Source of the DNA: Candidatus Spyradenecus sp.
Lineage (GTDB): Bacteria > Verrucomicrobiota > Verrucomicrobiia > Opitutales > UBA953
Reading direction: 5' to 3'
Assembly (NCBI GenBank): GCA_045535075.1
Contig: JAZSKX010000018.1
Coordinates: 308,146 to 372,145 of the forward strand
DNA: 64,000 bases
Shown here piece after piece: positions 50,798 through 60,107 of this stretch. Numbering within the stretch: the stretch's first letter is position 1; each line of letters opens with the position of its first letter. Below the pieces are notes generated by a model. The model saw only the letters and a list, made by a program, of their open reading frames with translations, did not search any database and was not told the origin of the DNA. Position numbers and translations under genes: made by a program.

Positions 50798-51429
50798 TCA
50801 ACGAAAAAATACTTCACCCACGCCAAATAGGCGTAAGCAATACTGTAAACTCGATCAAAATTCCACGTTTTCGGCGGAAATTTTTCCGGATGTTCCCGTT
50901 TGAACATCTCGCGATCGCGCTGGAGCGAATAAACCTGAACGTCTTTGAAGCCCGCTTTTTCAAAAAGGAATTTGGCGCGGCGCTCCTGCAGGCGACTGCT
51001 CGTTACAATCAGGCGCGTTTCCCGCGAAATTCCGGGAAGCAGCAAAATCGTCTGCGGGTGGTCAATCGTACGTTTCGGGAGCGTATCGATATCAATTTTC
51101 GATCGCGGAATTCCGCCGGCGGCAAGAGCGTCCGAAAGAAAATCTTCGTCTGCACTGACAATGATTCGCTTTGCCTTTCCCGCTCGAAAAACCTTTTCGG
51201 CTCCGATGACACGCGAGCCCTCGTCGCCGCCGAGAATGACGACCGCTTCCGCCGTACGCAAATTCTCAAAGCTCACCGCTCCGACGCGTTGCGCGTCTTC
51301 CAACCACTCGCCCAACGGCGTTCCCGCGATTAGCAGAACAAGCCCGAAAAGCAGGGAAATTCCCGCAACATACAACGCGAGCGCCCGGTAGAACAGGCGG
51401 ATAAAAAATGCGGAAAGTCGAGCAAGCAT
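50794..51429 (-). CDS. YdcF/DUF218-like membrane-anchored protein
   Basis: N-terminal TM; AEAVVILGG..R, LIVTS...QERRA..LF and YLAWVKY patterns. Confidence 0.75.
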   Translation of the reverse strand: MLARLSAFFIRLFYRALALYVAGISLLFGLVLLIAGTPLGEWLEDAQRVGAVSFENLRTAEAVVILGGDEGSRVIGAEKVFRAGKAKRIIVSADEDFLSDALAAGGIPRSKIDIDTLPKRTIDHPQTILLLPGISRETRLIVTSSRLQERRAKFLFEKAGFKDVQVYSLQRDREMFKREHPEKFPPKTWNFDRVYSIAYAYLAWVKYFFVD

Positions 51430-51487
51430 TGCGGAAGATTAAAAAGTTTTTTTGCAAAAAGGGAAACGAATAAGTAGGCTTCGGCGC

Positions 51488-52111
51488 ATGAAGTCCGCCG
51501 AAAAAATCATCGTTATCGCCACGGGAAACGCCCACAAGGTTGAAGAATTTAACCGCCTCGCCGCAGATGCCGGATTAGTCGGAGTCCGCTTCATCTCCGC
51601 AAAAGATTGCGTTCCCGGCGGAATGCCGCACGTCGTCGAAGACTCCGGAAGCTTCGAAGGAAACGCACGTTTAAAGGCGCTTGCTTTGCGAAAAATCGTT
51701 CCTGCGGATTATTTTGTCATGGCGGACGACAGCGGGCTTTGTGTTGATTTTCTCGGCGGCGCTCCCGGAGTCGAAACAGCCTATTACGCCGGCGCGAACG
51801 CGACACACGCCGCAAACCGCGCAAAATTACTGAACGCGCTCAACGGCGTTCCCGCGGCTCAGCGTCGGGCGCATTTTTATTGTCTTCTTTTTTTAATGAC
51901 ACCGGAAGGACGCGAGGAAATCTTTGACGGAACCTGCGAAGGCTTCATCGCGACAGACGAGCGAGACGCCGGATTCGGTTTCGGCTACGATCCGATTTTC
52001 GTTCCCGCCGGCTACGACAAAACTTTCGCCGAACTTTCCGGCGAAATCAAAGACCGGCTTTCCCATCGCGGGAACGCCTTCGCCGCCCTCTCCCGCCGTT
52101 TCAAAAAATAA
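51488..52111 (+). CDS. rdgB: Non-canonical purine NTP pyrophosphatase (RdgB/HAM1)
   Basis: ATGNAHK, ADDSGL, GFGYDPIF, SHRG. Confidence 0.95.
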   Translation: MKSAEKIIVIATGNAHKVEEFNRLAADAGLVGVRFISAKDCVPGGMPHVVEDSGSFEGNARLKALALRKIVPADYFVMADDSGLCVDFLGGAPGVETAYYAGANATHAANRAKLLNALNGVPAAQRRAHFYCLLFLMTPEGREEIFDGTCEGFIATDERDAGFGFGYDPIFVPAGYDKTFAELSGEIKDRLSHRGNAFAALSRRFKK

Positions 52112-52146
52112 AACAACGGGAGGCGCGGGATAATTACCGGGGAATT

Positions 52147-53205
52147 CTAATCCTCGAAGATGCCTGCGAGGTCTTCTTCCTCTTCTTCGACGACCGGCAA
52201 AGTCGCCTTTTTCGGAGCCGGGCGAATTGCGTCAAGTTGCATCGTAATTTGGCGTTTCAGCTGACGCACCCACTCCACCAGCTCGCCCTGCGGGATCTGC
52301 CTTTCCGTTTCCTCAATCTTTTTCAGGCAATTCCGCAATTCATCGGCGTGTTCTCTAGCCGCGTCGATAAAAACTTTCCGCCCCATGTCGGGATTCTTCC
52401 GTTCTTCCGGTGTCGTTTTTTCGTAAGCTTCCCGAGCATCCGTGCAAATCGCCATCGAAACCTGACGCACACAATCGGCAAGCGGCAAATAAAGCGTAAA
52501 GAGCGGATAATGTTCCCGCATTCCGGCAGAACCGTCGGCATCGAAAGCCAAGACCTCGTTGATCATCTCGCGATGCTTGAGTTGTTCTTCGGCGCACATT
52601 TCTTTCATCACCTCGTGGATTTTCTTTGCGCGTGCTTCGGAGCCGACTTCCAAATCCCGAATTTCCTTTTCGAGAGCCATCATCGTTTTTTGCTCTTCGA
52701 GAAGTTCATCAAGATGTTGCAAATATTTTTTCGCGCCGCCGCGCACATATCCGGTCTGCGCAATCGGTTTTCCCGCTTCATCAAGAATCATCACCGTCGG
52801 GAAGCCTCGCACTCCGTATTCGTCAACGAGCTTTTTATTTCGGGCTCTTCCTTTTTCCGAAAGGCGGTTTTTGTCGCGCGGCGAATCAATAAAAACAAGG
52901 ACGAACTTATCCTTTGCGCCGTCGAGAAATTCCTTCTTTGAGAAAACCTCGTTGTCGAGGCGGATGCACCAACCGCACCAATCCGAACCGGAGAAATTGA
53001 CGAGGAGCAACTTCCCTTCCTCCGCCGCCTGCTTTTTCGCCGCGTCCAAATCGTCCGTCCAGCCAAGCGGCACAAAAGCCTTCGCGGCAACGTTTGAAAC
53101 TTCCGCCGCGGGAACGGAAGTCGCGTTTTGGGGTTTCAACTCCCCGGCAAAAAGCGTTCCCGTGAGAACGGTTCCGAGGGCGAGCGAGGATATTAGCGTT
53201 TTCAT
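52147..53205 (-). CDS. Exported thioredoxin-family protein
   Basis: Signal peptide from ATG 53205; FSGSDWCGWC and YGVRGFPT. Confidence 0.88.
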   Translation of the reverse strand: MKTLISSLALGTVLTGTLFAGELKPQNATSVPAAEVSNVAAKAFVPLGWTDDLDAAKKQAAEEGKLLLVNFSGSDWCGWCIRLDNEVFSKKEFLDGAKDKFVLVFIDSPRDKNRLSEKGRARNKKLVDEYGVRGFPTVMILDEAGKPIAQTGYVRGGAKKYLQHLDELLEEQKTMMALEKEIRDLEVGSEARAKKIHEVMKEMCAEEQLKHREMINEVLAFDADGSAGMREHYPLFTLYLPLADCVRQVSMAICTDAREAYEKTTPEERKNPDMGRKVFIDAAREHADELRNCLKKIEETERQIPQGELVEWVRQLKRQITMQLDAIRPAPKKATLPVVEEEEEDLAGIFED

Positions 53206-53359
53206 ACCAAAAACAGGTGAAAAAATCTGCTCTAAGAGCGTCGCAAAGTTCGGGAATTGTTCAAGACTTTTCAAAAAAATCTTCACCGCAAAATTGAGAG
53301 TATTTTTCGCCGTGTTTCTAGTTGTTGACATTGCAAAGCGGCAAAACAAAATCGGCGGC

Positions 53360-53998
53360 ATGAGCGATTTTATTTCCACGACAATTCTGCTTTTCATCAT
53401 CTTAGACCCGATTGCGCTCGCTCTAATTCTGCCTTCGCTACTGAAAAACGTTCCCGAAGAAAGAAGAAGAAAAGTCGTTATCCGAGAAATGTTTTTTGCC
53501 CTCGGAGCTCTTTTGCTGTTTTTCTTTCTCGGCAATCAAATCGTCGGGCTTCTCGGGCTGGAGACATCGACGCTGAATATTTCCGGAGCCATTGTCCTGT
53601 TCCTCATTGCGCTCGGAATGGTTTTCCCGGCGCTCGCGGCGCTAACGTCAACAACAACTCCGCAGAGCGAAATGCAGACGGAGCCCTTCATCGTTCCGAT
53701 TGCCGTTCCGCTTGTCGTCGGGCCGAGCAGCATCTCCGTCGTCATGATTAACGGAGCCCGATTTCTCGAATCGTCTGCCAGCATTTCTTTTGTCGCGAGT
53801 ATTTGTGCGGCTTGGGGGCTCGGGCTTTGCGTTCTGCTTGTCGCCCCGCGCATCATCAAAGTGCTCGGCAGGCGCGGAAGCCTTGCGCTGGAGCGCGTCA
53901 TCGGGATTTTGCTGATTCTTATTTCCGTCCAAATGTTCATGAACGGCATCGACGAATACAATCAAAGAAGCGTTCCCGCGACAGAGCAGAACCCGTAA
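53360..53998 (+). CDS. MarC family membrane protein
   Basis: LFIILDPI, FIVPIAVPLVVGP, ALERVIGILL...VQMFMNG. Confidence 0.92.
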   Translation: MSDFISTTILLFIILDPIALALILPSLLKNVPEERRRKVVIREMFFALGALLLFFFLGNQIVGLLGLETSTLNISGAIVLFLIALGMVFPALAALTSTTTPQSEMQTEPFIVPIAVPLVVGPSSISVVMINGARFLESSASISFVASICAAWGLGLCVLLVAPRIIKVLGRRGSLALERVIGILLILISVQMFMNGIDEYNQRSVPATEQNP

Positions 53999-54066
53999 AA
54001 ATGTTTTAAGCCGTTCCCGCGCATTCCTTGCGTCGCAACGGAAATCGTCATAAAATCAGCGGAACG

Positions 54067-55002
54067 ATGAAAATAAAAATCAATCCCGGGGCGCGCCGGA
54101 TGCTTTGTCTGGTCAGCGCCATGATTTTAGGCGGAAGCGTTCCCGTGCTTTGGCGTTCTTCGGGCGTGTTTTTTGACAATTATGCCGGCAATTTCGTCCC
54201 GTTTATGATTATGACGATGTTGCATTTTTCGTTCATCGATGCAAAATTCGGCAAGTCCAGCACGGGATGGAGCCACTTGCGAATTCTACTCTTCATGGTA
54301 GGCCTGGCGTCTGCGGCATACTTCGCAGTCGAAAAACTGACCGGCGATACCAATTTCGCCGTGATGGCATTCCTCATCGGAATGTCGCCGACGGCAAACG
54401 CCGCTCCCGTCATTACAAATTTGCTCAAACGGCGCGAAGACTACGTGACGGTAAGCGTTGTGCTGACAAATCTTTTCACGGCCTTTGCGTTGGCTCCGCT
54501 TGTCGCAATTGTAATCGGAAACACAATACAAATCGACACAACGGCGCTTGCGTGGAAAACGATTCTGCTAATCGGGACACCGTTCCTGCTCGCTGTCATT
54601 CTGCGCAATTTCGCCAAGCCTGCGGCGGATTTTGTACGTCGCTGGAAATTCCTTTCATTCTACTTGTGGATGCTGATGCTTTTTACTGTTTGCGCCCAAA
54701 GCGCGACTTACATTTGCAAGCAGGAAAACCTTTCATGGATTTTACTTCTCGAAATCTTTGCCATTTCGGCGTTGCTCTGCACCGTTAATTTTGTCGGCGG
54801 CTATTTTTTGGGTGAAAAACAATTCCGCCGGGAATGCTCCCAATCCGTCGGGCAGAAAAACACAATGCTGATGCTTTGGGTCGGCTTGGCTTTCTTCAAT
54901 CCGATTGTCGCACTCGGACCGACCTTTTACGTCGTTTGCCACAACCTTTGGAATTCCTGGCAATTACGCCGAGCCGATAAAACCGCGACAACAATCCGAT
55001 AA
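54067..55002 (+). CDS. Bile acid:sodium symporter-like transporter
   Basis: Multiple TM segments; PTANAAPVIT and SQSVGQKNT motifs. Confidence 0.75.
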   Translation: MKIKINPGARRMLCLVSAMILGGSVPVLWRSSGVFFDNYAGNFVPFMIMTMLHFSFIDAKFGKSSTGWSHLRILLFMVGLASAAYFAVEKLTGDTNFAVMAFLIGMSPTANAAPVITNLLKRREDYVTVSVVLTNLFTAFALAPLVAIVIGNTIQIDTTALAWKTILLIGTPFLLAVILRNFAKPAADFVRRWKFLSFYLWMLMLFTVCAQSATYICKQENLSWILLLEIFAISALLCTVNFVGGYFLGEKQFRRECSQSVGQKNTMLMLWVGLAFFNPIVALGPTFYVVCHNLWNSWQLRRADKTATTIR

Positions 55003-55011
55003 GCCGACTCG

Positions 55012-55890
55012 ATGAAAATCTCACGCCTGAAAATCTTTGCCGATTTGGCATCAACAGGAAATTTTTCCGAAGCCGCGCGCCTTAACGGGATCTCGCAATC
55101 CGCCGTCAGCCAAGCACTTCAAACCTTGGAAAAATCCCTCAAGGTAACCTTAATCGATCGCACGCAAAAGCGTTTTACGCTCACGCCGGAAGGGCTGCTT
55201 CTGCAGCGTCGTTCCCGCGAAATTTGCGCGCTTTACGACAAAACGGCCGCAGAACTGCTCGACCAGCACAACGTCGTCGGCGGGAACGTCCGCGTCGGTG
55301 TTATTCCTTCGGTTTTTACAAGCCGTTCGTTCCCGCAGATTTTGCGTCAGTTCATGGAAAACAATCCGCAGGTTTCGATTTCTTTAAGCTGTGATTCCGG
55401 GCAAGAAATTTCCTCGAAAATTTCCCGCGGTTTTTTGGATATCGGTATTGTTATTTCCGACAAAAAACAACGCTCGGAAGATTGTATTCCGCTCTACGAC
55501 GAAGCCCTCGTCGCGATTTGCGCTCCCGCAAACACTCTGGCGTTTCAACGCGATGTTTCCCTCGCAGAATTGAAAACATTTCCGTTTTTGTCATATTCGG
55601 ACGACTTGGCGATGCGCCGCCTCGTCGATAGTGCGTTTCGAGCCTCCGCATTGGAATGTACGCCTGCCAAAACCTTTAACAATCTGGAAGTGCTCAAGCG
55701 CGCAGTCGAGCTCAACGAAGGCGTAGCCATTGTCCCCGAAGAATCCGTTCGCCCGGAATCCGAAGCGGGAACGCTCTGCGCCCGCCTGATTCGCGGCATT
55801 TACCTAACGCGCCCGATTGCTGCCGTTTCGCGAAAACATCGCCCGCTGACGCCTGCCATGCGGCGCTTTGTCGAAGCGTTTAAACGTTAG
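55012..55890 (+). CDS. LysR family transcriptional regulator
   Basis: NFSEAARLNGISQSAVSQALQTLE HTH and LTPEG; C-terminal substrate-binding domain. Confidence 0.95.
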   Translation: MKISRLKIFADLASTGNFSEAARLNGISQSAVSQALQTLEKSLKVTLIDRTQKRFTLTPEGLLLQRRSREICALYDKTAAELLDQHNVVGGNVRVGVIPSVFTSRSFPQILRQFMENNPQVSISLSCDSGQEISSKISRGFLDIGIVISDKKQRSEDCIPLYDEALVAICAPANTLAFQRDVSLAELKTFPFLSYSDDLAMRRLVDSAFRASALECTPAKTFNNLEVLKRAVELNEGVAIVPEESVRPESEAGTLCARLIRGIYLTRPIAAVSRKHRPLTPAMRRFVEAFKR

Positions 55891-56341
55891 TTATTCCGCA
55901 GCGAACGCGGAAACGATGCGTCCCTTCGGCAACGATTTCAAAATCAAGGTGAAGAGCATCCGGCGGGAGCGCGTCGCCGATTTTTTCCGGCCATTCGACG
56001 ACCCAACACCACGGCGAATGCATGAATTCTTCAAGCATCAGCGACTCGGCAGCCTCCGGCGACGGCAGGCGATACGCATCCATATGAATAAGTTGGCGAA
56101 AATCACCTTCGTAGATCGAGTAAATATTATAGCTCGGCGAAGTTACGGCCTCGCGCACGCCGAACGCCTTCGCCAATCCGCCGACGAAAGTCGTCTTCCC
56201 GGCTCCAAGCCCGCCATGAAGCGCAAGCGTGCAATCCGGAGGAAGCAACAAAGCGAGTTCCCGCGCCGCTTCGCGCGTAGCTTCCGCGCTCCCGCAAACG
56301 CGCCATTCTCCGAATGCCTTTAAAATTTCCGCTGGAATCAT
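55880..56341 (-). CDS. tsaE: tRNA threonylcarbamoyladenosine biosynthesis ATPase
   Basis: GGLGAGKTT, VTSPSY, HMDAYRL, VEWPE; start at ATG 56341. Confidence 0.95.
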   Translation of the reverse strand: MIPAEILKAFGEWRVCGSAEATREAARELALLLPPDCTLALHGGLGAGKTTFVGGLAKAFGVREAVTSPSYNIYSIYEGDFRQLIHMDAYRLPSPEAAESLMLEEFMHSPWCWVVEWPEKIGDALPPDALHLDFEIVAEGTHRFRVRCGITNV

Positions 56342-56399
56342 TTCCCGATGAAACAACAAAAACGCCCGAAAGACAAATAAACACGCATTGACGCTCCCG

Positions 56400-59003
56400 C
56401 TAGAACAGCGAAAGTTGGCGGTCTTCAGACGGCGAACGCGGCGGAAGCGCTCCGGCGGCGGCATCGCGCATTTTCGCCTTTCGCGTTTTCGGAGGTCTTC
56501 CCGACGGCTCCGTCGCGGATTCGGCGACTGCAATCGCCTCTGCGGGAACGAGCTTCGGAGGATGCGGATCCTTAAACGAAATCGACGTTCCCTCAAGATC
56601 CGATAAAATCTCATTCGCACGGGAAACGACGCTTTCGGGAAGCCCGGCAAGGCGCGCAACGTGAATCCCGTAAGAGCGATCCGCCGAACCCGGAACCACC
56701 TGGCGCACAAAAATAATTTCGTCGTTCCACTCTTTGACGGCGACACAGAAATTTTTGAGCCGCGGGAGCGTATCGGCAATGCGCGTCAGCTCGTGATAAT
56801 GCGTCGCAAACAGCGTCCGCGGCCCGGCAGCGCCGTTCCCGTGGAGATATTCGGCAACCGCCCACGCGATGGAAAGCCCGTCATAAGTCGAAGTTCCGCG
56901 CCCGATTTCATCAAGGATAACCAAACTTTTCGGCGTCGCATTGTTCAGAATGTTTGCCGTTTCGTTCATTTCGACCATGAATGTTGAGTTCCCGCGAGCA
57001 AGCTCATCAGAAGCTCCGACGCGGCAAAAAATCCTATCGGCAACACCGACATGCGCAGATTTTGCGGGAACCCAACAGCCGATTTGCGCCAGCAACGCAA
57101 TAAGCGCAACCTGACGGATATAAGTGGATTTCCCGGCCATGTTCGGTCCCGTAATCAAATTAATTTGTGCTCCGGACGCCTGCAAAGATGTGTCGTTGGG
57201 AACAAAATGTTGTGAAACGCCCGGGCGATGAAGCATTTGCTCGACGACGGGATGGCGCCCGAGCACAATTTCGAGAGCATCGGAATCATCGACAAGCGGG
57301 CGGCAGTAATCCCAGATTTGCGCAAGTTGCGCCCATCCGGCGAGCACGTCAATCTGCGAGAGCGCCGCCGCGCTTTCCGAAAGCGAATCGGCCTGCGCAA
57401 GCGTAGCCGCAACCAGCTCGGCATAAAGATCCGCTTCCTGCGTTTTGACAAGCTCGTCCGCATGAAGGATTTCGCTTTCCTTTTTCCGCAATTCGGCAGT
57501 CGTATAGCGCTCGGCATTTACAAGCGTTTGGCGGCGGATAAAATCTGCGGGAACGCGCGAAGTGTTGGATTTTGATACTTCGATATAGTAACCGAACGCG
57601 CTGTTGTAGCGGACACGAAGATTTTTAATCTGCGTTGATTCCTGCAATCCGAATTCGTATTCGGCGAGCCATGATTTGCTGTTCGAACAAATATCGCGCA
57701 ACTCGTCAAGACGCGCATTGTAGCCGGGTCGAATCGCGCCTTCAACGGCTGTCGGCAATTCCTCTTCAAGCGCGTTTTCGAGAAGTTCCCGCAACGCCGT
57801 ATGCTCGGAAATTTTTTCGGCGAGCGCATCAATAACCGGAGAACCAAGCAAAGCAAGTTCCCGTTTAATTTCCGGAATCCGACGAAGCGTTTCGCGAATC
57901 GCGCCCAGTTCCCGCGGCGTGCGCATATGATTCTGAAGGCGCCCCAAAATCCGGGCAATGTCTTTGATGTAGGCCAACGCCGTGCGTACGCGCTCAGCGC
58001 TCGACGGGTGATCGAAAAACGCCGCAACGCCGTCCTGCCGTTCCCGCGCCGTTTTGACGCAACGCGGCGGCGCGGCAAGCCATTGTTCGAGCAACCGCGC
58101 TCCCGCCGCCGTGTGGGTGTAATCAATCGCCGCCAGCAATGAGCCTTCACGCGTTCCCGCCGCCGATTTAAAAAGTTCCAAATTCCGCGTAGACGCCGCG
58201 TCGATAAGCAGCGTTTCGTCGCTCCTCAACTCCGAGATTTTGCGTAAAAACGACGGCGATTCGCAAAGCGTTTCCGTCAAATAAGCCAAAAGCGCTCCCG
58301 CAGAACCGAGCGACGGATGATTCTCCGCGACGCCGAATCCGTCCAAACTGTTGACATTCAGAGCCCTGCGAACTGCCCGACATCCGCTATCGACTTCGAA
58401 TTTCCAATCCGGCATACGCGTGATGAGGTTCCACTCGATAATCGGCTCCAGATATTCCGGAGCCTTGCCCTGTTGCCAGGATTCGGGAATAAGAATTTCG
58501 CTCGGTCGAATTGCCTGCAGCGTTGCCAGCAGTTTTTGAGGGTCGCGGGAAGTCGCGATATAAAAATCGCCCGTCGTCGCATCAATCCAGGCGGCATGCA
58601 ATCCGCGCTTATCTTCGTCAATCGCAAGAATGTAATTATTGCTCTTAGCGTCGAGTTGTGTTTCGTCAAAATTCGTTCCCGCCGTAACAATGCGGACAAT
58701 GGCTCGCGGCACGAGTTTTCCCGCCTGCGGGGTTTCGGTTTGCTCGCAAATCGCAATCTTAACACCGGCCTTAAGCGCTTTCGCCAAGTAATTGTTCAGC
58801 GCGTGATACGGAATGCCGGCGAGCGCCGCACCGCTACGCTTTGTCAGCGTAATTCCGAGAATCTCGGCACCGCGCTCGGCATCCTCACCGAACATTTCGT
58901 AAAAATCGCCGCAACGAAAAAAAAGCAGGGTGTTTGCGGGAAGTTTTTCCCGAAAAGCCCAGTACTGCTTCATCATCGGAGTTGCTGCAATTTCATTCGC
59001 CAT
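56400..59003 (-). CDS. mutS: DNA mismatch repair protein MutS
   Basis: TPMMKQY, GDFYEMF, TGPNMAGKST, STFMVEM, DEIGRGTST, ATHYHEL. Confidence 0.99.
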   Translation of the reverse strand: MANEIAATPMMKQYWAFREKLPANTLLFFRCGDFYEMFGEDAERGAEILGITLTKRSGAALAGIPYHALNNYLAKALKAGVKIAICEQTETPQAGKLVPRAIVRIVTAGTNFDETQLDAKSNNYILAIDEDKRGLHAAWIDATTGDFYIATSRDPQKLLATLQAIRPSEILIPESWQQGKAPEYLEPIIEWNLITRMPDWKFEVDSGCRAVRRALNVNSLDGFGVAENHPSLGSAGALLAYLTETLCESPSFLRKISELRSDETLLIDAASTRNLELFKSAAGTREGSLLAAIDYTHTAAGARLLEQWLAAPPRCVKTARERQDGVAAFFDHPSSAERVRTALAYIKDIARILGRLQNHMRTPRELGAIRETLRRIPEIKRELALLGSPVIDALAEKISEHTALRELLENALEEELPTAVEGAIRPGYNARLDELRDICSNSKSWLAEYEFGLQESTQIKNLRVRYNSAFGYYIEVSKSNTSRVPADFIRRQTLVNAERYTTAELRKKESEILHADELVKTQEADLYAELVAATLAQADSLSESAAALSQIDVLAGWAQLAQIWDYCRPLVDDSDALEIVLGRHPVVEQMLHRPGVSQHFVPNDTSLQASGAQINLITGPNMAGKSTYIRQVALIALLAQIGCWVPAKSAHVGVADRIFCRVGASDELARGNSTFMVEMNETANILNNATPKSLVILDEIGRGTSTYDGLSIAWAVAEYLHGNGAAGPRTLFATHYHELTRIADTLPRLKNFCVAVKEWNDEIIFVRQVVPGSADRSYGIHVARLAGLPESVVSRANEILSDLEGTSISFKDPHPPKLVPAEAIAVAESATEPSGRPPKTRKAKMRDAAAGALPPRSPSEDRQLSLF

Positions 59004-59114
59004 CTTGCAACCGAGTTTCCCGTTTTGAGCGCGTTCCCGCAAGCGGAAAGACGCAAAAGCGCCTCTAAGAATGGTTTTGCCTTTGAGTAAAATTTTTTGT
59101 CAGAATTTCTCCCG

Positions 59115-60083
59115 ATGAGAAGCTTGCTTGAAAAAATATCCCACATCCGCGTTTTAGTTGTCGGCGATGTCATGTTGGATCACTATATCCACGGCGACGC
59201 AACACGCATTTCCCCCGAAGCCCCCGTTCCCGTGGTCAACGTTTCCAAAGACCGTTACGTTACCGGCGGAGCTGCCAATGTCGCACTTAATATCTGCTCG
59301 CTGGGAGCAAAATCCTCGCTTTGCGGTCTTTGCGGCGACGACGAAGCCGGGCGCAAGTTGCGTTCGATTTTAAGCGGCGCGGCGATTGATTATCCGACCG
59401 AGTTTTGCCGCAGCAAAATTTCAACCATCATTAAATCGCGCGTCGTCGTTCGCAATCAGCAGCTTTGCCGTATCGACCGCGAGCTCGCTCCCGCCAATTA
59501 CGCATTGAGTGATTCGGCGGTCCGGGAAAAGCTTTTTGAAGAAATTGAACGCTCGGACGCAATTATTATTTCGGACTACGCCAAGGGAGCAATTGACCTG
59601 GAAATTCTCACGCAAATTCTGGCGCATGCCGAGCAACACAACATTCTCGTTTCGCTCGATCCGAAGCCGCGCCGGCGCTTGCCGTTTAAGAATGTCGGAC
59701 TGATTACGCCGAATAAAAACGAAGCCATCGAGCTGGCGGATTTACAAAACGAATTGCGCCCGGACGAATTTCCCGCCGAGGAAATCTGCAAGCGCATTTG
59801 GGAAAAACACCGTCCGAAAGAACTCGTCATCACGCTCGGAGCAGACGGCATGTTACTTTCCCGCGAAGGGAAAATCTGCAAATGCATCCCGACGTTCGCC
59901 CGGGAAGTCTTCGATGTTTCCGGCGCAGGAGACACAGTCATCGCATCGCTGACCTTGGCGCTTGCCGCGGGAACGCCGCTCGAAGAAGCCGCACATTTCG
60001 CAAATACGGCAGCGGGAATCGTCGTCGGCAAATTCGGAACCGCAACCGTGTCTCCGGAAGAAATTCTCGCCTTCAAACCGTAA
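59115..60083 (+). CDS. rfaE1: D-glycero-beta-D-manno-heptose-7-phosphate kinase (RfaE domain I)
   Basis: GDVMLDHY, RISPEAPVPV, SDYAKG, DVSGAGDT, VVGKFGT. Confidence 0.92.
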   Translation: MRSLLEKISHIRVLVVGDVMLDHYIHGDATRISPEAPVPVVNVSKDRYVTGGAANVALNICSLGAKSSLCGLCGDDEAGRKLRSILSGAAIDYPTEFCRSKISTIIKSRVVVRNQQLCRIDRELAPANYALSDSAVREKLFEEIERSDAIIISDYAKGAIDLEILTQILAHAEQHNILVSLDPKPRRRLPFKNVGLITPNKNEAIELADLQNELRPDEFPAEEICKRIWEKHRPKELVITLGADGMLLSREGKICKCIPTFAREVFDVSGAGDTVIASLTLALAAGTPLEEAAHFANTAAGIVVGKFGTATVSPEEILAFKP

Positions 60084-60107
60084 TTAAATTCCGCATACGG
60101 CGCCGCC

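Noticed and set aside
52559..53535. Apparent long overlap between the thioredoxin and MarC ORFs
   Set aside because: Artefact of upstream-most start choice. The real starts (53205 and 53360) are divergent and do not overlap.
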